From contig CM059431.1 in assembly GCA_030390025.1 (NCBI GenBank), positions 120,344,001 to 120,408,000 on the forward strand: 64,000 nt of DNA, read 5' to 3'. Below are positions 50,641-61,601 of the stretch, one piece after another; positions within the stretch are counted from its first letter, which is position 1; every line of letters begins with the position of its first letter. Source of the DNA: Squalus acanthias. Its lineage: Eukaryota. Under the pieces are notes generated by a model that was not told the origin of the DNA, did no database searches, and saw nothing but the letters and a program-made list of their open reading frames with translations. The position numbers and the translations under genes are program-made.

Positions 50641-51119
50641 CAGTAGCAAATCCCACATCAGATGTACCAGGTGTATCGCAGATTTCTCAGAATGATACCC
50701 GGGCTAAAAGGGATAAATTATGAGGACAGGTTGCATAGACTAGGCTTGTATTCTCTTGAATATAGAAGAGTAAGGGCTGATCTAATTGGGATGTTTAAGA
50801 TGATTAAAGGAGTTGATAGGCTAGATAGAGAGGAACTATTTCCTTTGGTGGGGGAGTCCAGAACAAGCAGATACATCCTTAAAATTAGAGCTAGGCCATT
50901 CAGGGATGAAGTCAGGAAGCACTTCTTTACACAAAAGGTAGTGCAAATCTGGAACTCTCTCCCTCAATAAGCTGTTGAGACGAGTTCAATTGAGAATTTC
51001 AAAACTGAGATTGATATGTTTTTGTTAGGCAGGTTATTAAGTATTATGGAACCATGACAGGTAGATTGTAGTGAGAAGTCGCACAACACCAGGTTATAGT
51101 CCAACAGTTTTATTTGAAA

Positions 51120-51157
51120 TCACAAGCTTTCGGAGCTGCTGCCCCTTCGTCAGGTGA
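51120..51157 (-). ncRNA. Minimal type-I hammerhead ribozyme, intact core
   Basis: TCAC-CTGACGA-A-GGGGC agca GCTCC-GAAA-GC-TT-GTGA, followed by AATAAA. Confidence 0.8.
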
Positions 51158-51479
51158 AGTGAAGGAATACGAATCGGCAAAGTATATATAGACAGAGAAC
51201 AATGCCTGTGTAGCGTACAATGTCAGACGACTACAGTTAATCTTGCTGACTGCCTTTTATCACAACTCGGCAGAGAAACAATCAGGTCAGGAAGGCATTA
51301 TATCAAAGACATAGCAAGATACAGCTAAGACAATGAGGTGGGGTTACAGGGGGTCTAATGTGTCAAATGCAGTCTGTAAAAAACCATAAACTTTAACATT
51401 TTTACTTTTTTTTTAACTGGAAATCACATCTGTGAACAAGCCAACGACGACTCGAGTCTGGATGACTCTACGTCATGTA

Positions 51480-52770
51480 GCGTGACATGAACCCAAGATC
51501 CTGGTTGAGGCCATCCTCATGGGTGCGAAAACTTGGCTATCAGTTTCTACTCGATGATTTTGCGTTGTCGTGTGTCTCGAAGGCCGCCTTGGAGAACGCT
51601 TACCCGCAGATCCGAGGCTGAATGTCCTTGACTGCTGAAGTGTTCCCCGACTGGGAGGTAACAATCCTGCCTGGCGATTGTTGCACGGTGTCTGTTCATA
51701 CGTTGTCTCAGTGTCTGCATGGTCTCGCCGATGTACCATGCTCCGGTGCATCCTTTCCTGCAACGTATGAGGTAGACAACGTTGACCGAGTCACATGAGT
51801 ATGTACCATGTACCTGGTGGGTAGTGTCCTCACGTGTGATGATGGTATCTGTGTTGATGATCTGGCATGTCTTGCAGAGGTTGCCGTGGCAGGGTTGTGT
51901 GGTGTCGTGGTCGCTGTTCTCCTGAAAGCTGGGTAATTTGCTGCGAACGATGGTACTTTTGAGGTTAGGCGGCTGTTTGAAGGTGAGTAGTGGAGGCATG
52001 GGGATGGCCTTAGCGAGGTGTTCGTTGTCATCGATGACATGTTGAAGGCTGCGAAGAACATGGCGTAGTTTCTCTGCTCCGGGGAAGTACTGGACGACAT
52101 AGGGTATCCTGTTGGTTGTGTCCCGTGTTCGCCTTCTGAGGAGATCTATGCGATTTTTCGCTGTGGCCCGTCGGAACTGTCGATCGATGAGTCGAGCGTC
52201 ATATCCCATTCTTACGAGGGCGTTTTTCAGCGTCTGTAGGTGTCCATCACGTTCCTCCTCGTCTGAGCAGATCCTGTGTATTCGCAGGGCTTGTCCATAG
52301 GGGATGGCTTCTTTAACGTGGTTAGGGTGGAAGCTGGAGAAGTGGAGCATCGTGAGGTTGTCCGTGGGCTTGCGGTAGAGTGAAGTGCTGAGGTGTCCGT
52401 CTTTGATGGAGATTCGTGTGTCCAGGAATGAAACCGATTCTGAGAGTAGTCCATGGTGAGTTTGACGGTGGGATGGAACTTGTTGATGTTATCATGTAGT
52501 CTTTTCAGTGATCTTCGCCGTAGGTCCAAAGGAAGAAAATGTCGTCGATGTATCTGGTGTACAGTGTTGGTTGGAGGTCCTGTGCAGCGAAGATGTCTTG
52601 CTCGAACTTGTGCATGAAGATGTTGGCGTATTGGGGTGCGAATTTGGTCCCCATGGCTGTTCTGTGTGTTTGGGTAAAAAACTGGTTGTCGAAGGTGAAG
52701 ACATTGTGGTCAAGGATGAAGCGGATGAGTTGTAGGATGGCGTCTGGAGTTTGGCTGTTGTTGGTGTTGA
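51480..52770 (-). pseudogene. Penelope RT C-half plus GIY-YIG endonuclease, frameshifted
   Basis: TAMGTKFAPQYANIFM, RYIDDIF, SFHPNHVKEAIPYGQALR, CxxxxCxxC linker, VVYLIRC..WYIGET. Confidence 0.93.
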
Positions 52771-52776
52771 GTAGAT

Positions 52777-54096
52777 TGTAGGGGGTGGCGGTTTGTGTCA
52801 GCTTCACCTCTGACTTCTGAGCAGTTTGAATCGCTCCCACCCCTTGGTTCTAGACCTTGGACTTATTTGGGGGTTGTGATAAAAGGTGCAGCAGACAACT
52901 GAGTTTGATGAAAGAACTTCGATCTTTATTCAAGAAAGTAAAACACAACACAAACACTCTTAACACTCTAAAAGTGGGGAACACTTCGGTACAAGTGAGG
53001 GAAATAACATTAGAACAATACTTCACCCCTCCCAATCCCACTTCACTAGCTAGGTTGGACTCCGGAGAACCAGGGATAATGCTCACCAAACGAATCCTTG
53101 ACAGTTGAGAGTTAGGGTTTAGAATCTTTTGAGTAAAAGGTTTCATAAGGCCCTTGTTGCCGTGAGGAGCTGTTGGCCTTCTTTGTTGAACTGTCCTCTT
53201 CAGAGCTGTGGAATTGCCTTCTTGCAGAACTGTGGAACTGCCTTTTGCAGAACTGCTTGCTGATCTCCCTGCTGCTGTGTAACTCTACTGGAGAACTCGA
53301 ACTTGAACTGTTGTGCTGGAGAACTGAAGAACTCCCTTCTTACTGAACTGTCTTCTTTAACTGCCCAACTTGCTTCTCCTGAACTCTGTAACTCCAGCAC
53401 TGACTTCTGCTGAAAACAGGCTTTCAATTGAATTCAAAACTGCAGAACTGCCTTCTGTTGAACTTGAACTGTTGTACCTGCTGAACTGACTTCTTGAGAA
53501 AACAGCCTTTCATTTATACTAATTGAAGCTTCCTTATCAAAACCAAATCAAATCCCGGTCATTGTAAGATTTTTGGAGGCCTCGTTAACAGTAATGACTT
53601 TACTAGCGTGTTAACTGGTTTTTGGGATGGCTTGCGTCCTGTCGATCTCCTTGGTTGATCACTGGTGATTGGTTTTGTGTTTTGTGTTTCTAGGCTAGAC
53701 TCAGTCTTTTCTATAGAATGGTCCTGAGTAATTTGTATTATGCATGTTTTCTGTAATCGGTTTGATGGGGCCTGTTATTTTGGGTGGGACTGTCTTCTCC
53801 CGGTGTCTATTGTCAAAATGTTAATGGCTGCTGGGGCTTGAGTAGGGTCATCCCGGTTCCCCAGACAGTGCAATTAACTGCAATAACCAAAACTGCCTTT
53901 ACAGAGGTCGGCCCACCTTCTTTCACAGCCTTTTCTCCCTTTATAGGCCCAGAAATGTTTTTAAAATGCCAAAACTTGGTTTTTGGTCTTAAATTATGTT
54001 AAATGTTAGACCCAAATGCATTTTTATCACTCTCAGGTAGTTCCAAAGTCCTTTTTCCTTAGGTTTTGGGGATCTGTAAATTTTGGAAACCTTACA
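52777..54096 (-). mobile_element. Solo LTR, 1320 bp
   Basis: TGTAGG..CCTTACA; AGAT TSD; minus-strand TATAAA ~53513-53518 and AATAAA ~52925-52930; GAACT-based short repeats 53180-53500. Confidence 0.8.
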
Positions 54097-54189
54097 AGAT
54101 GGAGTTAAGATACAGATCAGCCATGATCTAACTGAATGGCAGAACAGGCTTGAGTGGTTGAATGGTCTACTCCTGTTCCTATGTTCCAT

Positions 54190-54705
54190 TGCTGAAGATG
54201 CAGTGGTACGATTGGATAGATAAGAGTGGAACCAAGAAAGGGCAATCCCACCGAGCTGGACAATGGAGGAGAAACATTTGAGGAGGCAAGTGATGGTCAA
54301 CTGTGTCAAAGGCTGCAGTGAGGTCGAGAAGGATGAGGAGGAATAGTGCGCATGGTCACAGTTACAGAGAATGTCATTTGTGACTTTGGATTAGAGCCAT
54401 TTCAGTGCGGTGGTTGGGGCAGAAATCTGATTGTAGAGATTCAAACATGCAGTGGTGGGAAAGATGGACATGGATTATGGAGGTTACAACACGTTCAGAC
54501 TTTGGAAAGTAGGGAGGGTAGATTTTTGAGGAGGGATGATGTCAGTAAATTTGAAGGACAGGGGCAATACCTATGGAAAGGAAACCATTTACAATGCCGG
54601 CTAACATGGGGGCCAGGAATTGAAAGTTGAGTGGCCAGCAGTTTAGTGGGAATGGGGTCAAGACAGCACAAGGTGGGTCTCATGGACAAGATGAATTCAG
54701 AGTCC
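54190..54705 (-). mobile_element. L2-type LINE ORF2 remnant
   Basis: LSMRPT..CLDPIPTKLL, AAFDTVDH, GIALSWFHSYL in broken frames. Confidence 0.7.
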
Positions 54706-55174
54706 ATCGAAATCTACCCCCTTATGAAGAAACCTGGAGCCCAGAATTTACTCAGCGCTCTTCTTGCTCTGTCACCGAAATTCCGGGCCCCCATTCTGGA
54801 CAGTCAAGATTATTCCTGTGCTCTCTTGTTGCACACTGCTGCATCTGATAGGGCAACGGTGTTGTACTGAACCAGGTGAATGACCATGGGGTGAAACACC
54901 AAGCCATTTGGCAAAGTCACAAGCTACTATCGTGGAAAATGGCTTGTACAAGAACTGAAAATGAATGCTTAAGCATTATCAAGCCGCAGAAGCTACAACC
55001 GTACTCATCAGACCATGGAGTTGAATTTCAACGGGGGTTCTCCGGATCCTTCGGCATAACTTTGGCGGAAGATTGAAGTAAACCTAGGAGAAATATTGGA
55101 AATTCAACCCCTGTTTTCTGATCACAATCCCTTTGTGTGGTTGCATGATACAAATGCATGTCTGTTGCAATGGA

Positions 55175-56612
55175 AATGTTGTGGTAAACTATTTGAAAAA
55201 GTCAAATAGATATATCTACAAGGGTAAGAATACCACCCTGGAGGATACATTATAGTGAATATTGTATAGGTGACTCTTTTACATACTTATTTGAAGGAAA
55301 TTAGTGTAATCTCCTACTGAAACAGAACCCAAGGCAGAAATTGCATGTGAATGTTGTGGCAAACTAATTTAAATAGTGAAATAGATATATCTACAAGGGT
55401 AAAACATGTTGATACATCAGTGGTGTGGTTCATAAAATGGGAACACTGTCTTCGCTACAACCTCCACTACCAAGAAGGACAAGAGCATGAATACCTTGGG
55501 AATGCCATCAACTAGTAGTTCCCCTCCAAATCGCACACCACCTTGACTTCAACATACACTGCTGTTAATTCACTGTCGGTGGGTCAAAATCCTGGAATTC
55601 CCTGCCTAAGACCATCGTGGGAAGCACCGTTACCAAGGGAACTGCAGCAGTTTGAGAAGAAGCTTTTAAGGGCAACTAAGGATGGGTAATAAATGCAGCC
55701 ATGCCAGCATCACCCACATCTAATGAGCAAAGAAAAAACATTGACTAGTCTTTCTGAAGCAATCAGGGAAAGAGAAAGAAGACTCCAGAGATGGCCAGCA
55801 ACAACTGGTCATGTAAACATTAAGGTTAAGGGATCTTGTGTGCTAGTCCAGTTTACACTGCGATTTAGCATGGATAGTTAAATCATTTCTGACTTATTTT
55901 GTTCTACCTTCTGAGGAGAGACTGTTAAGCCTTTAACTACTGTAAATCTACAGTGTTGCTGCTTCTGTTCACTTATCAATTTAATGGTTTATAAATTTGG
56001 CAGTTTAAAGCCTAAGTCACGGTCTATTGAAGTATTTATTCTACTGCCTTCCAAAATCAAGGAAGATTATGTGAGGTCACATGATATAATCAGTAACGAA
56101 AATATAGTAACAATGGTTTTGTGTTCAATTCCCTAGGATCACTATCAATTTACTAAGATATTGGTCAGTAAGATACACTCTGAGGCATTGGGAGTGAAGG
56201 CTTGCCACAGAGATGGCCTGAGATGCTGAACCCAACAAAAACATCCATGCCTAAATTTTCCAAGTGCACGCCGGCAGTGAACAACCTCAGCCATCACCAG
56301 TACATAGCCTTGTTCATTGTTGTTCAATGCTGGCACATTCGCGCACAAATTATCTTCTGGAGTAAAAAGTAACGACTGTGTTGTGCTTTTTAAATGTGTT
56401 ACTGAATTACATGATGATTCTGTAAGTGACAACAATTACTAATTAGAATGCTACTCTGGAGGATACATTATAGTGACTATTGTAGAGGAGACTCTTTTAT
56501 ATACTTATTTGAAGGAATTTAGTGCAATCACCTAATAAAACAGAACCCAAGGCAAAAATTGAATGTGAATGTTGTGGTAAACTGATTGAAATAGTAAAAT
56601 AGATATATCGAC
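55175..56612 (+). repeat. Local ~175-bp duplication (55175-55402 tandem; further copy 56446-56612)
   Basis: AATGTTGTGG recurs at 55175, 55350 and 56568; CTGGAGGATACATTATAGTGA occurs twice. Confidence 0.85.
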
Positions 56613-57903
56613 ATGCACACTGTATTGAATAATGCAAACTTAAAATATGTGACTCTGGGATCATTAAAGGAAAGAATTTGAAGCGAATTGCTCTTTACTC
56701 CTCATCATAAAATCTAATCAATTCGAGCTTTTGTTGATAGTTGTGTCATTTCTCCCATGTGAATGCTGTGTGTATTTATCTGTGTATTTTAATGTTGAAG
56801 GGCTCCACACGTTCAAGAAAAAATGATTTATTGTTTCAGTACTGGCTTACAAGTTTCTAATTCTGAGTTTCCATACACTTCATGAGTAAAGGGATTCATG
56901 CTATTGTGCCATCTGTCCATCACTGTTCAGTTGTCCATCTGTTATCTCTCAATGGAGACCTGCTTCTCACACGGAAGACAGCATGGTCTGTTTGACAAAT
57001 CGACAAATATTAATTCAAGGATGTGGAGCATTTATCTGGGTAAGTCAAGAGCTTCAATCCAGGAACAAATAGACTGTCAAGGAACACCAGAAATATTTAT
57101 ATAGACGTGAGCAGCATTTGTCAGTGGAGACCAAGATGATATAGTAAAGCTGCAGGAGGGAGCTTTTTTCAAGGCAGACATGTAAGAAGTAACCTATCTT
57201 TCTCTTTCAGAGGCTAACTTATCTCCTGTGCGTTTCCAGTGTTTTCTGTTTCATTTTTGATGTCCAGCATTCATGTTTGTTCATTTTTGTTATTTTAATA
57301 TAGATTAAACATTTGAACCAGAAATGGTTTAATCATCTTTGCACTTGTGGATCAATGGGCCCTGAAACATCAGGCTAAAGAATGATGAAGTTGGAAAAAT
57401 AGCTTAAGAGAACACGTGCAAGTCTTAGAGAGGAAGAAGATCTGAGGAAGATGGCCTGGAGCATTAAGTACAGTCAGGAGCCTAGAAGCATCCAATAAAG
57501 CAAAGGATCAGACACAAGACCAAGAGGATGGCTTGGGAAAACTGACTCAAGGGGCTAGAAATTCATTATAGCCAAGGAAAGGACGCTGTCAGTAGAAAAG
57601 TTGGAGAATTAACGCCAGGCACTAATGCATTAGACTGCACGCAAAATTCATGCTCAAAAAAATGATTCGAGTTCTAATTCAAGTCTTAAAGCCCAAGCTG
57701 ATTGGCGTTACACTCAAAGGGTGGACCAATATCAGGTGCAGTCTAATCGCAACTCATCATTGCCACAGGCTTTTTTCACTTCTTAATGGGGAGGTTTATT
57801 GATGCTGCAGCATTTCATTCTCAGCATTGCTGGCTGTGCAGCTGCCTCAGCAAGCAGAAACAGGACAAGGAGAAGGAGCCGGAGGACTGAACCAGGTGTA
57901 CTC

Positions 57904-59683
57904 ATGGCAGATCCACGCCCCAGGGAGAAAGCCTGCAGATTCTGCGATGAAGCATTGGAGGCGTTGGTTCTTGCTGTGGAGAGATGGACGGTGCTCTACC
58001 CGACAAGTGGTAGGAGGCCCTCTCCACAAGTTTACCACACCATGTGGAGGGAGATAGCGCAGCATGTCTCGGGCAGTACTGTGGTCCCCAGGACCCACAC
58101 ACAGTGCGGGAAAAATTTTAACGACCTCACTTGGGTGTTCAGGGAGAGTGAATGCTTCAACAAATGCTACATACCACCATCTGAGCCACAATCTTCACAC
58201 ACTGCCCAAAGCACCACACCCCCAGCACTCACCCACCAACAATCTCTACCTGCCAACACTCATACCCACACTCACTCACACACTTTCCTTTCTCTTGCAG
58301 GCCAAGGTGGCTCACAACAGGAGGGAGCAGGAGCACAGGCGGGGGACAAGCCAACACCCAACCACTGTCTGCGCTGGAGAATCGAGCGCTGCAGATTATT
58401 GGGTGCCAGGTGGTGGGCGCCGTGGCCACCAGCGACGTTGACCCCCTTGGGGACACAACGGTATGTTCATCCCTACTCCTTCTTCTCACATCCCACTTCC
58501 CCCTCACCCCACAAGCATTTTGCACTTTCCAGCTAATCATGCTGTATGCATGCATTTCTCCCTTCCTGCCCCCCTCCCCTCACCTTAACCCAACTCTTGT
58601 GCCCTTATACTTCAGATAATCAGCAAGCACCTGAGCAGCCTGTCCCTGAGGGCACCATGGAGAGCGAGGCCGGAAGAAGAGGAGGAGGAAGAACACATCA
58701 TGTCACTGCATGTCTCACCCGCAGGCACCAGCTCAGATACTGGCACTTACACGTTCTTTAGAGGCTAGTATAGTAGTGGAATCTGCACAGGGTGAGGCAC
58801 CGGGGACGGGTGGGCTGCAGGAAGGACAGGGTGAAATAGTAGCTCGAAGGCCAGCTCCCTGGAAAACGAGTTTGCGCGCGAGTTCTGCCGCTCAGGACTC
58901 AGATGAGGACCTCGATGGGGAGCTCTTTAGAAGAAGGATGATGGGCATGCACACGGAGATGATAGGTGCAATGGCAAGGGTGCCCGAGAGCCTCTCGGCA
59001 ATGGTAGAGAGCGTGGAGGAGTCCACCTCCAACATTGCACAAGGCTCTGTGCATACCATGGAGCCCATCATTTCCAGTCTGCAAAGGATGGTGAACTCCC
59101 AGAGAGACCGTGGCGACCCAGACCTGATGCCGCGTGTGATGGGCGATCTGGCAGCTTCCATTGCAGCACAGGCAGAAGCGACGCAATGTCTTAGTGCTGT
59201 AATAGTGCTGTAATGGTGGCATTCAATTTCAGACTGCTATCATGCAGTCTCAGCTTGATGCCATGCAAGCTGAGACTGCTGGCATCGTCGACCAGGGCTT
59301 TCACGGTGTCGCAGCAGGCCAGCAATCTGTGCTCCAATAGATTGCTGAGGTGCTGCCCCGGGGGTGTTCCAGTGGGTCAGTGGAGCAGGAACCTGCTGTC
59401 CTCTCTCACCACTGCCACTCCGCCATTGCCCTTGTCGCTGCCTGTCATCCAGCCAGCCTAGACTGCTGCCGCCCATGCCGAGGTGGTGCAGTCTACAGCC
59501 GGGCCTTCCAGGTCCAGAGCTGGTCGAGGGCGTCCTGCAAGGCCATCTGAAGTCTCCCGCATGGACACTCAGCAGCCTTTCACCAGCCCTGCTGCAGCCA
59601 CTGGGTCAACACTTCAAAGGAGCACTAGAGTAGGCAAACGCACAGTAACGAGAGGCACTAAGGGATTGCACAAGGGTGAATAG
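57904..59683 (+). pseudogene. Harbinger Myb/SANT gene, 3 exons, disrupted
   Basis: MADPRPREKACRF...QCGKNFNDL; donor 1 mutated to GA at 58144; exon 2 58301-58460; exon 3 from 58616 with frameshifts. Confidence 0.85.
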
Positions 59684-59848
59684 TTAATATTTTTGTTGTA
59701 AATATGTGTTCACTGATTGTTGATGAATTTATTAATTCACTTTGGATTCTTTTGTCACGTGTCTCATTTCAGCTTTGTGCTGTGATATGGCCTACAACAG
59801 GGATGGAATGATGGGGATGTGGTGAGCAACGGGGATCTGGGGTTTAAT

Positions 59849-61051
59849 TCATTCAAACCGCAGTCTGATGAGGCGGTCATGGACCGCCCTTCCAGAAGGC
59901 CGATTGAGTGGCTGCCTCCTCCCTCACTCCTGTTCCTCGTCCTCCTCATCCTCCTTGTCTTCCTCTTCCTCCTCATCCTCCTCCTCCTCCTCCTCCTCTC
60001 CCTCTTCCTCTTCCTCAGGTGGTACTGCAACCCTGGTGGCAAGGGCTGGGCCCTCATGATGGCCAAGTTGTGGAACACGCAGCAGACCAGCACAAAATGG
60101 GACACCCGCTCAGCCGAGTACTGGAGGGCTCCTCCCGAGTGGTCAAGACAGTGGAATCATTGCTTCAGAAGGACGATGGTCTACTCGATGATGTTCCTGG
60201 TGGTAGCATGGCTCTCATTATATGAGTGCTGGGCAGGAGTGTTGGGGTTGCGGAGGGGAGTGATGAGCCAGGTGGAGAATGGATAGCCCTTGTCTCCAAG
60301 TTACCAGCCGTGAGCTTGATGTGGTAGCTGGAAGAGTGCTGGCACACCGGTATGGTGCAGGATGAAGACATCGTGGCTGCTGCCAGGATAGCGGGCATTG
60401 GCATTGAAGATTCGCTGTCTGTGGTCGCACACCAACTGCACATTAAGTGAGTGGTAGACTTTGCGGTTACGGAAGATCTCAGGATTGTTATGTGGTGCCC
60501 ACAAAGCCACGTGGGTGCAGTCAATGGTGCCCTGCACCATGGGGAATCCCACTATCCTGGCAAAGCCACATGCACACTCGTCTTGCTTCTCTCTGGTGAT
60601 GGGGAAGGAACTGTAGTCCCTTCTCCTACTGTAGAGAGTCTCTGTGACCTCCCGGATGCAGTGATGGATGGCGAACTGCGAGATGTTAGCTATGTTTCCT
60701 GTTGCAGACTGGAATGATCCGCTGGCTAAGAAATTGAGAGCAACCGTGACCTTGACTACCACTGAGAGAGCTGTGGTCGCCCTGGTCTGAAGCTGGAGGT
60801 CTGGTTGTTGGAGATGGCAGAGTTCGGTGGTCACCTCCTTAGTGAAGCAGAGCCTTCTAATACACTGCTCCTTGCTTAATTGGATGTAGGAGAAGTGCTC
60901 TCAGAATACTCTCGGAGGGTAAGGCCACCTGTTGAGAGCCTTCATTGCCCTTCTTCTCCCTCTGGGCACATGTTCCAGTCTTTCTCGCTGCCTCTGCCCC
61001 CTCCACCATAGATCCTGGAGGGCGAGGTTGACTGCCAGTACAGCCACCCAT
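59849..61051 (-). pseudogene. Harbinger transposase, several stops and frameshifts
   Basis: IDCTHVAL, RNRKVYHSLNVQLVCD, YPGSSHD, *LGDKGY, CCVFHNL. Confidence 0.9.
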
Positions 61052-61601
61052 TAATGTTACCAAGTATAGCAGTTTGTTTCTTTGAACAATAAATGTAGTT
61101 ACTTTTTAGTTGCCACAACACTCCTGATGCAAAAGAACCTTTAAATTACTGATTGAAACTGTTGGAATATGTGAAACGGGCAAGAAACCACTAAAACTGC
61201 ACTAACCTGACAGCTGCGAGACATTGCTGATGATCTCTTTAAATAACATCCCTGGAACCGGCTTCCTGGTGTTTCACGCCAGCTCTCCCTGTCGGTGTTT
61301 ACTCCAGGCGCTAAGGTAGGTAGCGGCAATTAATTTAGCAGATCGAGCGCTCAGTGAGCATTGCACACTCACTGATGTCACGATCCACCTGGTGTTGAGG
61401 CTCCCGGCGATAACTGTTACTGATGGCACTATAGGGGGGCGGGATTTGGCGTGCGGCGGTGGATTCGCCTCCTCTCGCTCCGGTGATACTGCTCTAGCGC
61501 CAGCAGATGGCGCTAATGAGAGGTGCTAAGGAGACAAATTCCCCCCCCCAAGGTCTTTATGAATTTGTTCAGGCAACTGTGGAAGGAAACAAAAAGACCA
61601 A

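Larger units (their letters stand above)
46441..50669 (+). mobile_element. Decayed Gypsy LTR retrotransposon (RT/RNase H and 3' end missing)
   Basis: Short 5' LTR TGTAATA..TATCACA (46441-46560); degenerate tRNA-Ser-like PBS GTGATGAGGATGCGATT; gag, protease and integrase remnants. Confidence 0.85.
51072..52770 (-). mobile_element. 5'-truncated Penelope-like element (family A)
   Basis: pLTR plus RT/GIY-YIG; 11-bp TSD GTAGATTGTAG (51061-51071, 52771-52781). Confidence 0.93.
50670..54186 (+). mobile_element. CR1 3' fragment hosting a solo LTR and a Penelope
   Basis: RRFLRMIPGLKG...FFTQKVVQIWNSLP; 3' UTR breaks at 51066 and resumes at 54097. Confidence 0.85.
57552..61549 (-). mobile_element. Second full-span Harbinger, decayed, opposite orientation
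   Basis: Ends GGGCTAGAAATT / AAATTCCCCCCCCC; AAG TSD; same convergent two-gene layout. Confidence 0.88.

Noticed and set aside
57190..57295. Another family-B hammerhead
   Set aside because: Only the downstream pLTR remnant is recognisable; no CUGANGA/GAAA core.
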